NCBI GenBank assembly: GCA_045803545.1
Contig: JBJMOW010000004.1
Coordinates: 384,001 to 448,000, forward strand
Length of the DNA stretch: 64,000 nt
Direction of reading: 5' to 3'
Source of the DNA: Gemmatimonadaceae bacterium
GTDB lineage: Bacteria; Gemmatimonadota; Gemmatimonadetes; Gemmatimonadales; Gemmatimonadaceae
Program-made: the position numbers and the translations under genes
The notes under the pieces: generated by a model
What the model was told of the DNA's origin: nothing
The model's input: the letters and a program-made list of their open reading frames with translations, nothing else
The model's database searches: none
Shown here: piece after piece, positions 50,323 through 60,241 of the stretch
How the letters are laid out: each line of letters opens with the position of its first letter
How positions within the stretch are numbered: the stretch's first letter is position 1

Positions 50323-50868
50323 CTATCGAATGTCAGCGCGACCGAGTGCGGCGCGCACCGCTTCGCGCATGGCGATAACCGCCTCTTCTCGTGCCGCGGG
50401 AGAATCTTCGCGCACGTGAAGCTCGATTCCGTCGGCGACAAGCAGCCGGTGCCACCGCAGCGCGAGATCGTCGTCATGTGTCACGGCTACATCGGCGCCC
50501 GATGTAAGCGCAGGCGCGAGTGATTGAGCGATTTTGCGTTCGAGAGCGTCACCGGTGAGGTCCCGCATCTCGGCTTTGATCGTCTCCAGGCTCTGACCTT
50601 CGCGCTGCCGGATTTTGATCGATAGCAGCTGCAGCAGGTGGCGATAACCATAGGTTGCGCCGGTGCCCGTCCCCTCGGGTCGATCCAGCAAACCAGTAGC
50701 TACATAGAATCGAACGGCGCGAGCACTTGGTGCCGCTCGCGCCGATGCATTCGTTGGTCGAACTCCAGCTGCGTCTACAAGAGCTGTTGCGTGGGCCGCA
50801 AGTCCTCTGGCGTTCCAGGGAGCGTGTCGAGAGTGCGCGCGGAGGAGAGCGACAGGCGATTCAGCCAT
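50323..50868 (-). CDS. MerR-type HTH regulator
   Basis: RAVRFY...GLLDRP.......YGYRHLLQL..I...Q..G.SL..I. Confidence 0.8.
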   Translation of the reverse strand: MAESPVALLRAHSRHAPWNARGLAAHATALVDAAGVRPTNASARAAPSARAVRFYVATGLLDRPEGTGTGATYGYRHLLQLLSIKIRQREGQSLETIKAEMRDLTGDALERKIAQSLAPALTSGADVAVTHDDDLALRWHRLLVADGIELHVREDSPAAREEAVIAMREAVRAALGRADIR

Positions 50869-51824
50869 GTGGAAAGGATAACGTTAAAGTCTTCGGACCG
50901 CTCGTCGTGCGGAAGATCACCAGCGGGCGACAACACCGAAATCTCGAAATCGCGTTTGATCTCGCGGAAGCCGCGAAATTCTTCAACCGGAGCCATCGAG
51001 CCTTGCTCGCCCCACACCAAGAGTGCGGGTTGACTAAGTCGACGCAGCGCGTGACGGACGTCGATGTTGAGATGGCCGGAAAGGAACGCCGCCGGCGCGT
51101 GCCGAGCACCGCGCTGGTGTGAAGTCGTGTAGTAGATGTCGACCAGCTCCTTGGTCACTATGGCGTCGTTTGAGTAAACGTTCTTGAGATAGCGCCGCAG
51201 CTGCGGCCGCGAAACGAGGGCGTTGAACATCGCGGTACCGGCGATCGGCGTGTCGACAGCAAGCCGGCCCGCTTCGCCGCCAATTCCGACGGGTTCATTC
51301 AGTCGCACCAGACCGGAAGGCGCGATCAGACACACTGCCGGGAACCGATGCGGATCTCGCGCGGCCAGAACGATCGCGTACGCGGCCGACAGTGACGATG
51401 CAACGAGCACGGTTGGCTCGTCGATCACCCGGCTGACGAAATCAGAAATGAGCGAGATGTAGAGTCGGGCGGAATAGCGAATCGCCGGCCGTTCTGACAG
51501 ACCGAAGCCGAGGAGATCCATGGTGTAGACAGTATTGGTGCGGGCAAGTGCATCGACGTTATTCCGCCACTCATACGACCAGGCAGCAGCGTGAATGCCG
51601 TGGATCAGCAGGATGGGCGGTCCGTTTCCTCTCTTTGTGAAAGCAACGCGGCGCTCGCGCCACTCGAAACCGCCGTCTTCACCTCCGATCAAGTTGCTGA
51701 GCTGATCGACTCCCTTTCGCGCAAACGCATTGTATGCGGCCGCAGCACCGAGCAGCGCTCCGCCTGAAAGCAGGATTTTTCGCCAGGGTGTGTCGCGTTG
51801 TTCCGGATCTTCTCTATCGTCCAT
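50775..51824 (-). CDS. Alpha/beta hydrolase with N-terminal membrane anchor
   Basis: LLIHG, DLLGFG.S, nucleophile-elbow variant ASSLS, PHDE. Confidence 0.82.
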   Translation of the reverse strand: MDDREDPEQRDTPWRKILLSGGALLGAAAAYNAFARKGVDQLSNLIGGEDGGFEWRERRVAFTKRGNGPPILLIHGIHAAAWSYEWRNNVDALARTNTVYTMDLLGFGLSERPAIRYSARLYISLISDFVSRVIDEPTVLVASSLSAAYAIVLAARDPHRFPAVCLIAPSGLVRLNEPVGIGGEAGRLAVDTPIAGTAMFNALVSRPQLRRYLKNVYSNDAIVTKELVDIYYTTSHQRGARHAPAAFLSGHLNIDVRHALRRLSQPALLVWGEQGSMAPVEEFRGFREIKRDFEISVLSPAGDLPHDERSEDFNVILSTWLNRLSLSSARTLDTLPGTPEDLRPTQQLL

Positions 51825-51852
51825 CAGGCTCCCTCAAAGGCGCGCGCAGTAG

Positions 51853-51889
51853 AAAAAGAAAGCGCGGTCACCTTGAGAGTAACCGCGCC
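51853..51889 (-). terminator. Intrinsic terminator
   Basis: Minus strand GCGCGGT...ACCGCGC followed by TTTCTTTTT. Confidence 0.75.
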
Positions 51890-51916
51890 TGAGGCACTAC
51901 GCACGGGGTAAACGGC

Positions 51917-52831
51917 TTAGCGTCGTGACCGGCCCTTCGAGCCAGAACGCTTGCGTCCACCCGAACGCCCACCGGAGCTCCCACCCTTTCTCGAGCTCCC
52001 GGCTTTCCGCGCGCTGGACTTCCGACCGCCTGACTTCCGACTGCCGCTCTTGGACGCTTTTCGCGCGCTGCCCTTTTGCGCGCTCCCTTTCCGCCCACTG
52101 CTCTTGCGACCACCGCCTGAGCGAGCGCTACTCTTCTTGGCGCCGGAAGACTTGCGGCCTCCGGATTTCTTGGCCGCGGAAGAGCGCGAGCCACCGGAGG
52201 ATTTACGTCCACCAGGCGACGAACCGCCGGATCGGGTGCTCGGCGAGGCGATGCTGCTACCTCTGCTGCTGCTACCTCTGCTGCTGCTACCTCTGCTGCT
52301 GCTTCCACCCGCCCCCGAGCTGCTACTACCGCCGAGTCCGGAGGTCGATCCGAAGCCCCCTGCACTACTGGAGGATGAACTGCCTCCGAAGGTCGAGCCA
52401 CCGCCGGTGGCTCCGCCCGTACCGCCCCCGGTCCCCGCACCGCCCCCGCTGGAAGCTCCACCACCAAATCCGCTGGTACCACCGCCGCCCATGCCACTGC
52501 CGGCGAGAGACGATTCCTGTTTCTTGCCGGAGCCTTTCGGCCGCCCGCGTCTGCCGCGTGGAGCGCCGCCGCCAAAGATGTCCTCCTCTTCTTCCTCTTC
52601 TTCGTCGTCGCCTTCGCCTACGACCGTTGCCTCGGTCTCGGTCTCGTCATCGTCATCCGCGTCTTCAGCGCTGTCCCATAGGCGATCGCTGTGATCCTCA
52701 TTGATCGCCCAGCCGCCATCTTCGTCCTCATCATCGTCGTAGGACCGCTTGCCGCGACTGAAGCCACCGATATCGTCTGAGTCGTCATCGTCTGCGAAAC
52801 GCAATGGCTCCACTGATTCACCGCTCGGCAT
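51917..52831 (-). CDS. Intrinsically disordered protein: acidic N-terminus, AT-hook-like motif, Gly-rich linker, basic RKSS tail
   Basis: GGAGG SD before ATG 52831; D/E runs, PRGRRGRPKGS, G/S-rich middle, K/R/S tail; own terminator. Confidence 0.72.
   Translation of the reverse strand: MPSGESVEPLRFADDDDSDDIGGFSRGKRSYDDDEDEDGGWAINEDHSDRLWDSAEDADDDDETETEATVVGEGDDEEEEEEEDIFGGGAPRGRRGRPKGSGKKQESSLAGSGMGGGGTSGFGGGASSGGGAGTGGGTGGATGGGSTFGGSSSSSSAGGFGSTSGLGGSSSSGAGGSSSRGSSSRGSSSRGSSIASPSTRSGGSSPGGRKSSGGSRSSAAKKSGGRKSSGAKKSSARSGGGRKSSGRKGSAQKGSARKASKSGSRKSGGRKSSARKAGSSRKGGSSGGRSGGRKRSGSKGRSRR
52252..52302. repeat. 15-bp coding tandem repeat, about 3 copies, encoding SSSRG
   Basis: CTGCTGCTGCTACCT units read directly. 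Confidence 0.8.
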
Positions 52832-52972
52832 TTGTCCTCCCATAGAATGTCAGCACACGCACTGAAGTAGCGCGCAATTTTCTGAGTTTCGCCCGCTGCA
52901 CGTCGCGTGCCTCCTACGCAGACACCGGAATACAATCTCCGAGCGACCGCGTCAAGACGCAGCTTTTGAATG

Positions 52973-54013
52973 TCAGCGTGTTGCGGCTGGTTGCAGACTG
53001 AAACGTCTCGTTATGACCCGAACCAGAGCGGCGTAAACAGAAGGGTCGAATTGCTTCCCAACATCCACCGAAAGGTGGTCGAGCGCGTCGAGTGGCCCGA
53101 GCGGCGCACGATAAGCACGCTTCGACGTAAGAGCGTCAAAAGTGTCGGCCACGCAAAGGATCCGCGCGCCAAGCGGGATTGCCTCGCCAATCAGCCCGAG
53201 GGGGTAGCCGGCACCGTTCCAGTGTTCGTGGTGATGCTCGATGTACTTGAGTGGCTTGGCGATGTGAAATAACGGCGCCAGGATGTCCAGGCCGATCTGC
53301 ACGTGGCGTTTTACGTGATCGTATTCTTCGGATGTCAGCCGGTCCGGCTTGTTGAGGATGTCCTCGCGGATGCCGATTTTGCCGACATCGTGAAGGCGGC
53401 CTGCAACGCGAAGATCTTCACACACGGACTCGTCCAGTCCCATCTCGACTGCCAACTGACCCGCAAGTTCTGCTACCCGCTGCGAATGCCCTCGCAGATA
53501 AAGGTCTTTCGCCTCCATGGCATTGATGAGCGTCTCCGCGATGCTGACCGACATCAGTCGCAGCGATTCTTTTTCCTGCTCGAGTTCTGCCGTGCGTAGT
53601 GCCACCTCGTGGCGGATCAATGTGTCGACCCGCCGCTTTTCCATCCACTCGTTGCGCTTGGTGAGCGCGCGATCAACCGCCTGTTGAAGATCAGCGAGTT
53701 CGACCGGCTTCATCAGGTAATCCGTAGCGCCGGCCGACAGCACCTCGGTTGCGGTTGCCGCATCGTTGACTGCCGTCAGCATGATGATGGCGAGATCCGC
53801 ATCCCGCGCGCGCGCCTGTGGAACGACCTGGACGCCCGTCATTCCCGGCATGCGGATGTCGCACAGCATTAGCGAGAACGAATCCTTCGCCAGTATCTGT
53901 AGCGCCTGCTCCCCGGAACCGGCAATCTCTACCTCGTACCCGCGGGAGCGCAGGAATTTTCGCAGCGCGAGCCTGATCGTTTCTTCGTCGTCAACGATGA
54001 GAACGCGCGTCAC
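52973..54013 (-). CDS. REC + HD-GYP response regulator (RpfG-like c-di-GMP phosphodiesterase)
   Basis: IVDDE, DIRMPG, KP; GHS.RV, LHDVGK, HHEHWNGAGYP.GL. Confidence 0.92.
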   Translation of the reverse strand: MTRVLIVDDEETIRLALRKFLRSRGYEVEIAGSGEQALQILAKDSFSLMLCDIRMPGMTGVQVVPQARARDADLAIIMLTAVNDAATATEVLSAGATDYLMKPVELADLQQAVDRALTKRNEWMEKRRVDTLIRHEVALRTAELEQEKESLRLMSVSIAETLINAMEAKDLYLRGHSQRVAELAGQLAVEMGLDESVCEDLRVAGRLHDVGKIGIREDILNKPDRLTSEEYDHVKRHVQIGLDILAPLFHIAKPLKYIEHHHEHWNGAGYPLGLIGEAIPLGARILCVADTFDALTSKRAYRAPLGPLDALDHLSVDVGKQFDPSVYAALVRVITRRFSLQPAATR

Positions 54014-56109
54014 TTCTTGGACTCGATGTAAAGTGGGAGAAGAATCGTGAAAGTCGTACCGATCCCTGGGGTGCTATCGACAGTGATGGTTCCTTCATGC
54101 TGCTGAATGATTCCGTAACTGACGCTCAAGCCAAGTCCCGTTCCTTTTCCGGGTGGCTTCGTGGTAAAGAAGGGCTCAAAGAGGCGCTGCAGAACAGACT
54201 CGGCCATCCCGTGACCGGTGTCTGAAATCACGATTTGCACGGCACCCTGTTTTCGCTGTGTTGACACCGTCAGATGACGAATCTCGGCGCCCTCCATCGC
54301 TGATTCCGCGTTAACCAGCAGATTGAGGAGAACTTGCTGGAGCTTGTGCTCGTCACCGCGCACTTTGGGTTGGCTGTCGTCGAGGTGCATGTGGACTTCG
54401 ATGCCGGTGGAGCGTGACGCAAGGGCGCGCAGTCGGACGGTGTGCTTCACGATAGTATTGACATCGACGACGACTTCACGCGCATCGGTCTTGCGCGCGA
54501 ACAGGAGCAGATCGCGAATGACAGTAATGGCGCGGTCCGCCTCCCGCTTGATCAGGCTTACCGACTCGAACTGCTCCCCCTGGAGCCTGTCCTCGAGCAG
54601 CAGCTGCGCGAATGTCGAGATGCCGGTCAACGGATTATTGAGCTCGTGCGCGACGCCGGCGACGAGCTCGCCGATGGCAGCAAGCTTCTCAGTGCGACCA
54701 AGGTAGTCCGAGACTTTTCGTTCCTCGGTGAGATTTCTGACACCGATAACCAAACCGACGATGTTGTTGCTGGCATCGCGAATGTGACTGAGCGTGACCG
54801 CGGCAGGAAACTCGCTGCCGTCCTTGCGCTTGTGCACGTGCTCGCCCGTCCATAGAGCCTTGTCCTGAGCAATTGGGGGAATCGTCTGGCGTCGCAACGC
54901 CTGCGACGATGCAACGACGAAGTCATCGACCGAGAGTCCGGCAATCTCGTGCGGCTCGTAGCCGTATTCCTTGGTTGCGGCCGAATTGGCGTATTGCACC
55001 TTCGCGTCGACGCCGAGTATCAGGACAGGTTGGTCCATCGTCGCCAGCGCGGCGGCGAGCGTACGCTCGCGCGCGTGTGTGCGCTGTTCATCTTCGCTCA
55101 GCAGAAGGACGTCGATAGCGAGAGCAACGCCCGGAGCGAGACGAAGCAATGCATCGACTTGCGCGCCTGTCTGCAAGTGCGACGGATCCGCGGTAACGAC
55201 GAGTACGCCCAGTCGTCGATTGCTGGCAATCAACGGAATGGTGATAGCGGGCTCGGCCGGAACCCGCTCCGGGTCATAGGCTTTCTCTTGCAGATTCTCC
55301 GCGAATGTCGGCTGTTCCTTTGCCCACGCGACGCGTACAGAACTGCGCTCAATTGGCGCTACTATGCCTTCCATTATCTCGCACGACCCTGAGCCCGCGA
55401 CCCAGTTGAGAGTCAAGCCATCGGGAGTGATTATGCCGATTGCCTTGCCGTTCGATGGAACGACTTCCTCGAGAATGCGGAGGATGCTGTGACACGCGTG
55501 TGTGACCGTGACTTTGCGCAGTGCGAGACGCGCAATTTCGGCGGCTGCCTCGGCCTGCTTCTGCTCGGTGCGCTGACCGGCGAATAAGCGCGCGTTCTCG
55601 ATTGCAACAGCAGCCTGGCGGGCGATGAGCATAATCAGATCGAGATCGTGCGCGTCGTATGCGTTCTGTCGATACGAGAGCACCTGCATCACCCCGACGG
55701 TGTGATCGTGGTATGTGAGCGGGGCAGTTATCTCGCTCTGTACTTCCCGTCGAGAGGCGACTTGAAAGATCGTTCCCGTCCACCAGCGCTCAGGCTTGGA
55801 GGAAATCACGGGAACTCCGCTCCGGAAAACCCGGGCGATCGTCTCGGTGCCGTTTGGGAAGTCGAGAACGCTCTCGCCTGCGCGCTCCTGGGAATCGACG
55901 ACGATGCAGTCGGCTCTGAACGTATCCGAGTCCGCATCCGCGATCATCAGCGCAAAGCAGGGGGCATCCACTACGGAAGCAACCGCCTTGTAGATCTCGC
56001 GATATGCTTCCTTTAGCGAGATGGTCGCGGAGATGGCTTGCTGAACTGTCGCGACGGCGGCAAATCTTGCCGCGCGCCGCTCGAGCTCGGCAACCAGCTC
56101 AGTCGTCAA
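54010..56109 (-). CDS. Cytoplasmic sensor histidine kinase (GAF-GAF-PAS-HisKA-HATPase)
   Basis: GVAHELNNPL, NLLVNA, DTGHG, FEPFFTTK, GTGLGL; PAS motif RKDGSEFP. Confidence 0.92.
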   Translation of the reverse strand: MTTELVAELERRAARFAAVATVQQAISATISLKEAYREIYKAVASVVDAPCFALMIADADSDTFRADCIVVDSQERAGESVLDFPNGTETIARVFRSGVPVISSKPERWWTGTIFQVASRREVQSEITAPLTYHDHTVGVMQVLSYRQNAYDAHDLDLIMLIARQAAVAIENARLFAGQRTEQKQAEAAAEIARLALRKVTVTHACHSILRILEEVVPSNGKAIGIITPDGLTLNWVAGSGSCEIMEGIVAPIERSSVRVAWAKEQPTFAENLQEKAYDPERVPAEPAITIPLIASNRRLGVLVVTADPSHLQTGAQVDALLRLAPGVALAIDVLLLSEDEQRTHARERTLAAALATMDQPVLILGVDAKVQYANSAATKEYGYEPHEIAGLSVDDFVVASSQALRRQTIPPIAQDKALWTGEHVHKRKDGSEFPAAVTLSHIRDASNNIVGLVIGVRNLTEERKVSDYLGRTEKLAAIGELVAGVAHELNNPLTGISTFAQLLLEDRLQGEQFESVSLIKREADRAITVIRDLLLFARKTDAREVVVDVNTIVKHTVRLRALASRSTGIEVHMHLDDSQPKVRGDEHKLQQVLLNLLVNAESAMEGAEIRHLTVSTQRKQGAVQIVISDTGHGMAESVLQRLFEPFFTTKPPGKGTGLGLSVSYGIIQQHEGTITVDSTPGIGTTFTILLPLYIESKK

Positions 56110-56947
56110 CGAACTCCACCGTTACAGGACGAGTTATCACGCCAGACTTTACTCCTTCATCGAGAAAGAGTTTGATCGCCTGACGCCCCTGAACACCGTA
56201 ATCCAGGGTCCAGTCATTCACGTACATACCGACGAACTCGTCGGCCTTGCTGCGATTGAGCCCGCGCGCGAACCGCATGGCGTGGTCGAGCGCGTCCTTG
56301 CGATGCTGGAGGCCGAACGCGATGCTGTCGCGCAAATGCCGTGAGACTTTTCGCTGAAGGTCGCGAGGCATGTCCTTGCGAATGACGTTACCGCCAAGTG
56401 GCAGCGGTAGGCCGGTCTTCTTCTTCCACCACGCACCCATGTCGGCAATCAGATGAAGGCCTTCGTCCTTGTAGGTTAACTGGCCTTCGTGAATCAGCAG
56501 GCCAGCATCGACGTCGCCGCGCTGCACCGCTTTGTCGATCTCGTTGAACGGAGTGACGACGGGAACGAAATCAGGTTGATAAAGCCGTAGCGCGAGGTAA
56601 GCGCTGGTCATCAGTCCAGGGACAGCGACGCGGCGGCCGATCACCTGCTCGCGGGTCATCGGCGTTGTGGCGACAAGCATTGGCCCGTAGCCATCTCCCA
56701 TCGATGCGCCGTGCGGCAGCAGGGCATAACGATCCGAGAGATACGCGTAGGCATGAATCGAAACCGCAGTGACATCGAGCTCTCCGCGCAGCGCACGTCC
56801 ATTCAGCGTCTCGATGTCCTGCAATTCGTGAACGTAGCTGACGCCTTCGGTGTCGATCTGCCCGTCGGCGAGCGCGTAGAACATGAATGCGTCGTCCGAA
56901 TCTGGGCTGTGTGCGAGATGAATCGTCGTTTCCTGATTTGTCGTCAT
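56099..56947 (-). CDS. mqnD: 1,4-dihydroxy-6-naphthoate synthase (futalosine menaquinone pathway)
   Basis: HSPDSDDAFMFY, DIETLN, GDGYGP, IHEGQLTY, LPLPLG, MYVN. Confidence 0.9.
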   Translation of the reverse strand: MTTNQETTIHLAHSPDSDDAFMFYALADGQIDTEGVSYVHELQDIETLNGRALRGELDVTAVSIHAYAYLSDRYALLPHGASMGDGYGPMLVATTPMTREQVIGRRVAVPGLMTSAYLALRLYQPDFVPVVTPFNEIDKAVQRGDVDAGLLIHEGQLTYKDEGLHLIADMGAWWKKKTGLPLPLGGNVIRKDMPRDLQRKVSRHLRDSIAFGLQHRKDALDHAMRFARGLNRSKADEFVGMYVNDWTLDYGVQGRQAIKLFLDEGVKSGVITRPVTVEFVDD

Positions 56948-57774
56948 GACCTGGTTCCGGTACTTTTGCGCGCCTGCTTGAGCGCGTTGGAGATGTCGTC
57001 CTGATGTCTGGTGTACTCGTCACGTTCCGTCGCGAGCTCCGGTTTCTCCGCCGCCAGCAGTCGGCGTTCGTAGGTGCGAACCGAAGTTGAATCGCCGGCG
57101 ATTGTCGCCAATCTCGCTTCCAGGATCAATCCGAGCAGATGATTGGGATTCGCCATTAGAATGCTGTCCGCCTGCGCTTTGGCAAAGGGTAGAGCGCCGG
57201 CTACCTCACCGATGCGACCCATGTCATAACGCTCATCGGCGTTGAATGGAGCAAGATCACGATACGCGATCAGCGCCATTGGAGCAAAAAACTGGACGCT
57301 GTCGACCTTACCCTCGGTCGCGAGCGTCATTACCCGGTTGTAGAGACGGTCAGCGCGCTCTTGCGGGGACATGCTCGAGATATCCGGGGCGCGGATGCTT
57401 TCGGGGTCAGCGGCTGTCCCGCCCCTGTCGTCGAGCCCAGCCTGCGGCAATGCGTTCTGCGATCCATCAACGGTGCTGCTTGGGCGCGAAGTGAAACCAC
57501 GACCCGCGGCCATCGCAAAGAGTGCGAGAAAGGCGAGCGCAGCCACGATCCACGGAAGCGCGTTCGTGCGTGCATCGACAGTAGCGGGAGCTTTTGTACC
57601 TACTTGAGCTCCGCAGCGATGGCAGAACTTGGCGCCAGGTCTGAGCTCAGCGGAGCAGGCAGAGCAATTTGCTCCGGCCAGCGACGCGCCACAATTGGAG
57701 CAGTAGTGTCCGCTGCCAATGGTGCCGCAGGACGGACAAGTTGTTGAATCAGAAGAAGAAGCAGGGGACGGCAT
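56944..57774 (-). CDS. Double zinc-ribbon membrane protein
   Basis: Four CxxC pairs, one TM helix, helical (TPR-like) C-terminal domain. Confidence 0.75.
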   Translation of the reverse strand: MPSPASSSDSTTCPSCGTIGSGHYCSNCGASLAGANCSACSAELRPGAKFCHRCGAQVGTKAPATVDARTNALPWIVAALAFLALFAMAAGRGFTSRPSSTVDGSQNALPQAGLDDRGGTAADPESIRAPDISSMSPQERADRLYNRVMTLATEGKVDSVQFFAPMALIAYRDLAPFNADERYDMGRIGEVAGALPFAKAQADSILMANPNHLLGLILEARLATIAGDSTSVRTYERRLLAAEKPELATERDEYTRHQDDISNALKQARKSTGTRS

Positions 57775-57864
57775 GAAGTGAAATTACTTAGCCGTCCTCT
57801 GGTATGCATTCTTCGGAGGGCAACGTCAACGCCGGCGGCACCTGCCGCCAGCGCAGCTTCGCCA

Positions 57865-60093
57865 CTACACCGGGAACAGCATCTCGCGGTACTTCGGCAG
57901 TGGCCAGCAATCGTCCGCGACCAGCAACTCGAGGGCGTCGCATGCTTTCCGCACCTCCGCCATCGTTTCAGCACCTTCGGTGGTAAGCATTTCCGCCTGG
58001 CCCGCTGGATCTTCGTGCTTCGCTTCAGCGCGGGCGATCACATCGGTCAGATCCTCGCGGTGCTCCTGTAGCTCCTGCACCAGTTCCCCAATCTGATTCG
58101 CGGTGGCAATCTGTGGGATCACGGCGATACCAGCCGCCTTGGCCTGTGCTGCCGCTTCGGTAAGCTGATTGAGATACGTGAACGCAGCGGGGATCACCAT
58201 CGTGTCGACGATCTCGCGCAGCGTATGGAGCTCGATGAGCATGTCCTTCACATAGCGTTCAACGCGTACGTGATAGCGTGACTCGAGCTCTTCTTTTGTC
58301 AGCACTCCGAGGTCGGTCAGCACTTTCCGCGACTGCTTCGAGATCATCTCCTTTAACGCTTCGGGAGTACGACGAAGGTTCGGGAGGCCGCGCTTCTTGG
58401 CGTCCTTAACCCACTCCTCGGAGTAGTTGTTGCCCTCGAAGCGAATCGGCGCTGTCTCCTTGAAGACCTGACGCACGACCTTGAGCACCGCTTCGTTGAC
58501 GCCTTTTGTCTTCTTGAGCGTATCGCGCAATGCCGCGCTGATCTCGCCGATGGCATCGGCTACCGCAACGTTGAGCAGTGTCACGGGGAATGCGATCGAC
58601 GCCGATGAACCGACCGCGCGGAACTCGAACTTCTGACCGGTGAATGCAAACGGCGACGTCCGGTTACGATCGGTGTTGTCGCGGCGTACCTCCGGAAGTT
58701 TGGCGACACCGAGCTTGATCATCTGCTGTTCCGCGGTCTCGGTGCCTTTGCCGTCGGCGATGGCCTCGATGACCTTGGTCAGCATGTCACCCATGAACAC
58801 CGAGATAATGGCGGGTGGCGCTTCGTTGGCGCCGAGCCGGTGCTCGTTGCCTGAAGTCGCAATGCCGGCGCGCAGCAGACCGGAATGCTTGTGAACTCCA
58901 CGCAGAACGGCGGCGAGGAAAACGAGGAAGCGAAGGTTCTGGTGCGGGGTCTTCCCGGGCTTCAGCAGGTTCAGACCGTCGAGCTCGGGCAAGTCGGCAA
59001 TCACCGACATCGACCAGTTGCAGTGTTTGCCCGAGCCGTTGATACCGGCGAAGGGCTTCTCGTGAAGCAACGCCTGCAACCCATGGCGAAGCGCAACGCG
59101 ACGGAGCGTTGCCATCACGAGCTGGTTGTGATCGACGCCGAGGTCGGTCTCCTCGAAGTACGGCGCCATCTCGAACTGACAGGGCGCGACTTCGTTGTGA
59201 CGCGTCGTGATCGGTACGCCGAGCTTGTAGAGCTCGTATTCCGCTTCGGCGATACATCCCTGAATGCGCTCGGGAATGCCACCGAAGTAGTGATCTTCGA
59301 GCTGTTGGCCGCGTGGCGGCGGTGCGCCGATCAGAGTGCGACCACCCATCACGAGATCGGGACGCAGGCTGAAATGCGCGCGATCGATCAGGAAATACTC
59401 CTGCTCGGGTCCGAGGGTGGTGAAGACCCGTTGCACTCCTTTATCGCCGATCAGATCGAGCAGCTCGATCGCTTTCTCGGAGAGAATATCGGAGCTGCGA
59501 AGGAGCGGAGTCATCTCATCGAGGGCTTCACCGTTGTAGCCGATGAAGACGGAGGGAATGCAGAGGGTACGAGCTCCCGTTGACTCGACGATGAACACCG
59601 GGCTCGCCGGATTCCACGCAGTGTAACCGCGCGCCTCCCAGGTCGCGCGCAAACCGCCGGACGGGAAGCTCGATGCATCGGGCTCGCTCTGAATAAGCTG
59701 CTCACCGCTGAACGACTCCACCGGCTGCCGGTCGTCATCGAATGCGAAGAATGCGTCGTGCTTCTCGGCGGTGAGTCCAGTTTGTGGCTGGAACCAGTGG
59801 GTGAAGTGAGTCACGCCGCGTGAGATCGCCCACTCCTTGATCACCTGCGCGACGACCGGCGCGATCGCTGTATCGAGTTTCTTCCCCTGGCGAATGGATC
59901 CGAGGAGGCTAGCGAACACTTCGCGCGGCAGCTTGTCGCGGAGCTGTCGGACGCCGAGGGTATTGATGCCGAAGTATTGCGAGGTTGGGCCGGGGATTCC
60001 GTCTTCGTTGAAGCCCGGCGCGACACGAGGCTCGCGGGTGGTGATTTCGCTCAGCAGAGCTTTGCGGGGAGTAAGAGTTGCGGCGGCGGTCAT
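57865..60093 (-). CDS. glnN: Glutamine synthetase type III
   Basis: HWFQPQTG.TAEKHD, EPDASSFPSGG.R, HEKPFAGINGSGKH, TDRNRTSPFAFTG, WPLPKY. Confidence 0.95.
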   Translation of the reverse strand: MTAAATLTPRKALLSEITTREPRVAPGFNEDGIPGPTSQYFGINTLGVRQLRDKLPREVFASLLGSIRQGKKLDTAIAPVVAQVIKEWAISRGVTHFTHWFQPQTGLTAEKHDAFFAFDDDRQPVESFSGEQLIQSEPDASSFPSGGLRATWEARGYTAWNPASPVFIVESTGARTLCIPSVFIGYNGEALDEMTPLLRSSDILSEKAIELLDLIGDKGVQRVFTTLGPEQEYFLIDRAHFSLRPDLVMGGRTLIGAPPPRGQQLEDHYFGGIPERIQGCIAEAEYELYKLGVPITTRHNEVAPCQFEMAPYFEETDLGVDHNQLVMATLRRVALRHGLQALLHEKPFAGINGSGKHCNWSMSVIADLPELDGLNLLKPGKTPHQNLRFLVFLAAVLRGVHKHSGLLRAGIATSGNEHRLGANEAPPAIISVFMGDMLTKVIEAIADGKGTETAEQQMIKLGVAKLPEVRRDNTDRNRTSPFAFTGQKFEFRAVGSSASIAFPVTLLNVAVADAIGEISAALRDTLKKTKGVNEAVLKVVRQVFKETAPIRFEGNNYSEEWVKDAKKRGLPNLRRTPEALKEMISKQSRKVLTDLGVLTKEELESRYHVRVERYVKDMLIELHTLREIVDTMVIPAAFTYLNQLTEAAAQAKAAGIAVIPQIATANQIGELVQELQEHREDLTDVIARAEAKHEDPAGQAEMLTTEGAETMAEVRKACDALELLVADDCWPLPKYREMLFPV

Positions 60094-60241
60094 GGTATCA
60101 CGGATTGGGAGGTTTGGGGCAATTATGCAAAAAACGCACAATTCAAAGATCAAGTTGTCAGAATTTCACTAGGAATGCAAGAAATGACGCCAATATGCTG
60201 CAGAAATTGCAAAAAGCGACCAGTGCGGATACGTTGAGGAC

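Noticed and set aside
51868..52704. Alternative long ORFs over the low-complexity gene (Pro/Leu-rich on +, Ala/Val-rich on -)
   Set aside because: Stop-poor shadow frames of G/S/R codons. The chosen frame has an SD, a terminator and a coherent composition.
57775..57864. Glutamine riboswitch or other ncRNA near the GS genes
   Set aside because: Only a short GC hairpin downstream of glnN; no recognisable aptamer, and it is not in a GS 5' position.
60170..60225. sigma54 promoter for glnN (TTGGCGTCATTTCTTGCA; CTGGTCGCTTTTTGCA)
   Set aside because: GG-to-GC spacing is 11 and 9 nt rather than the required 10.
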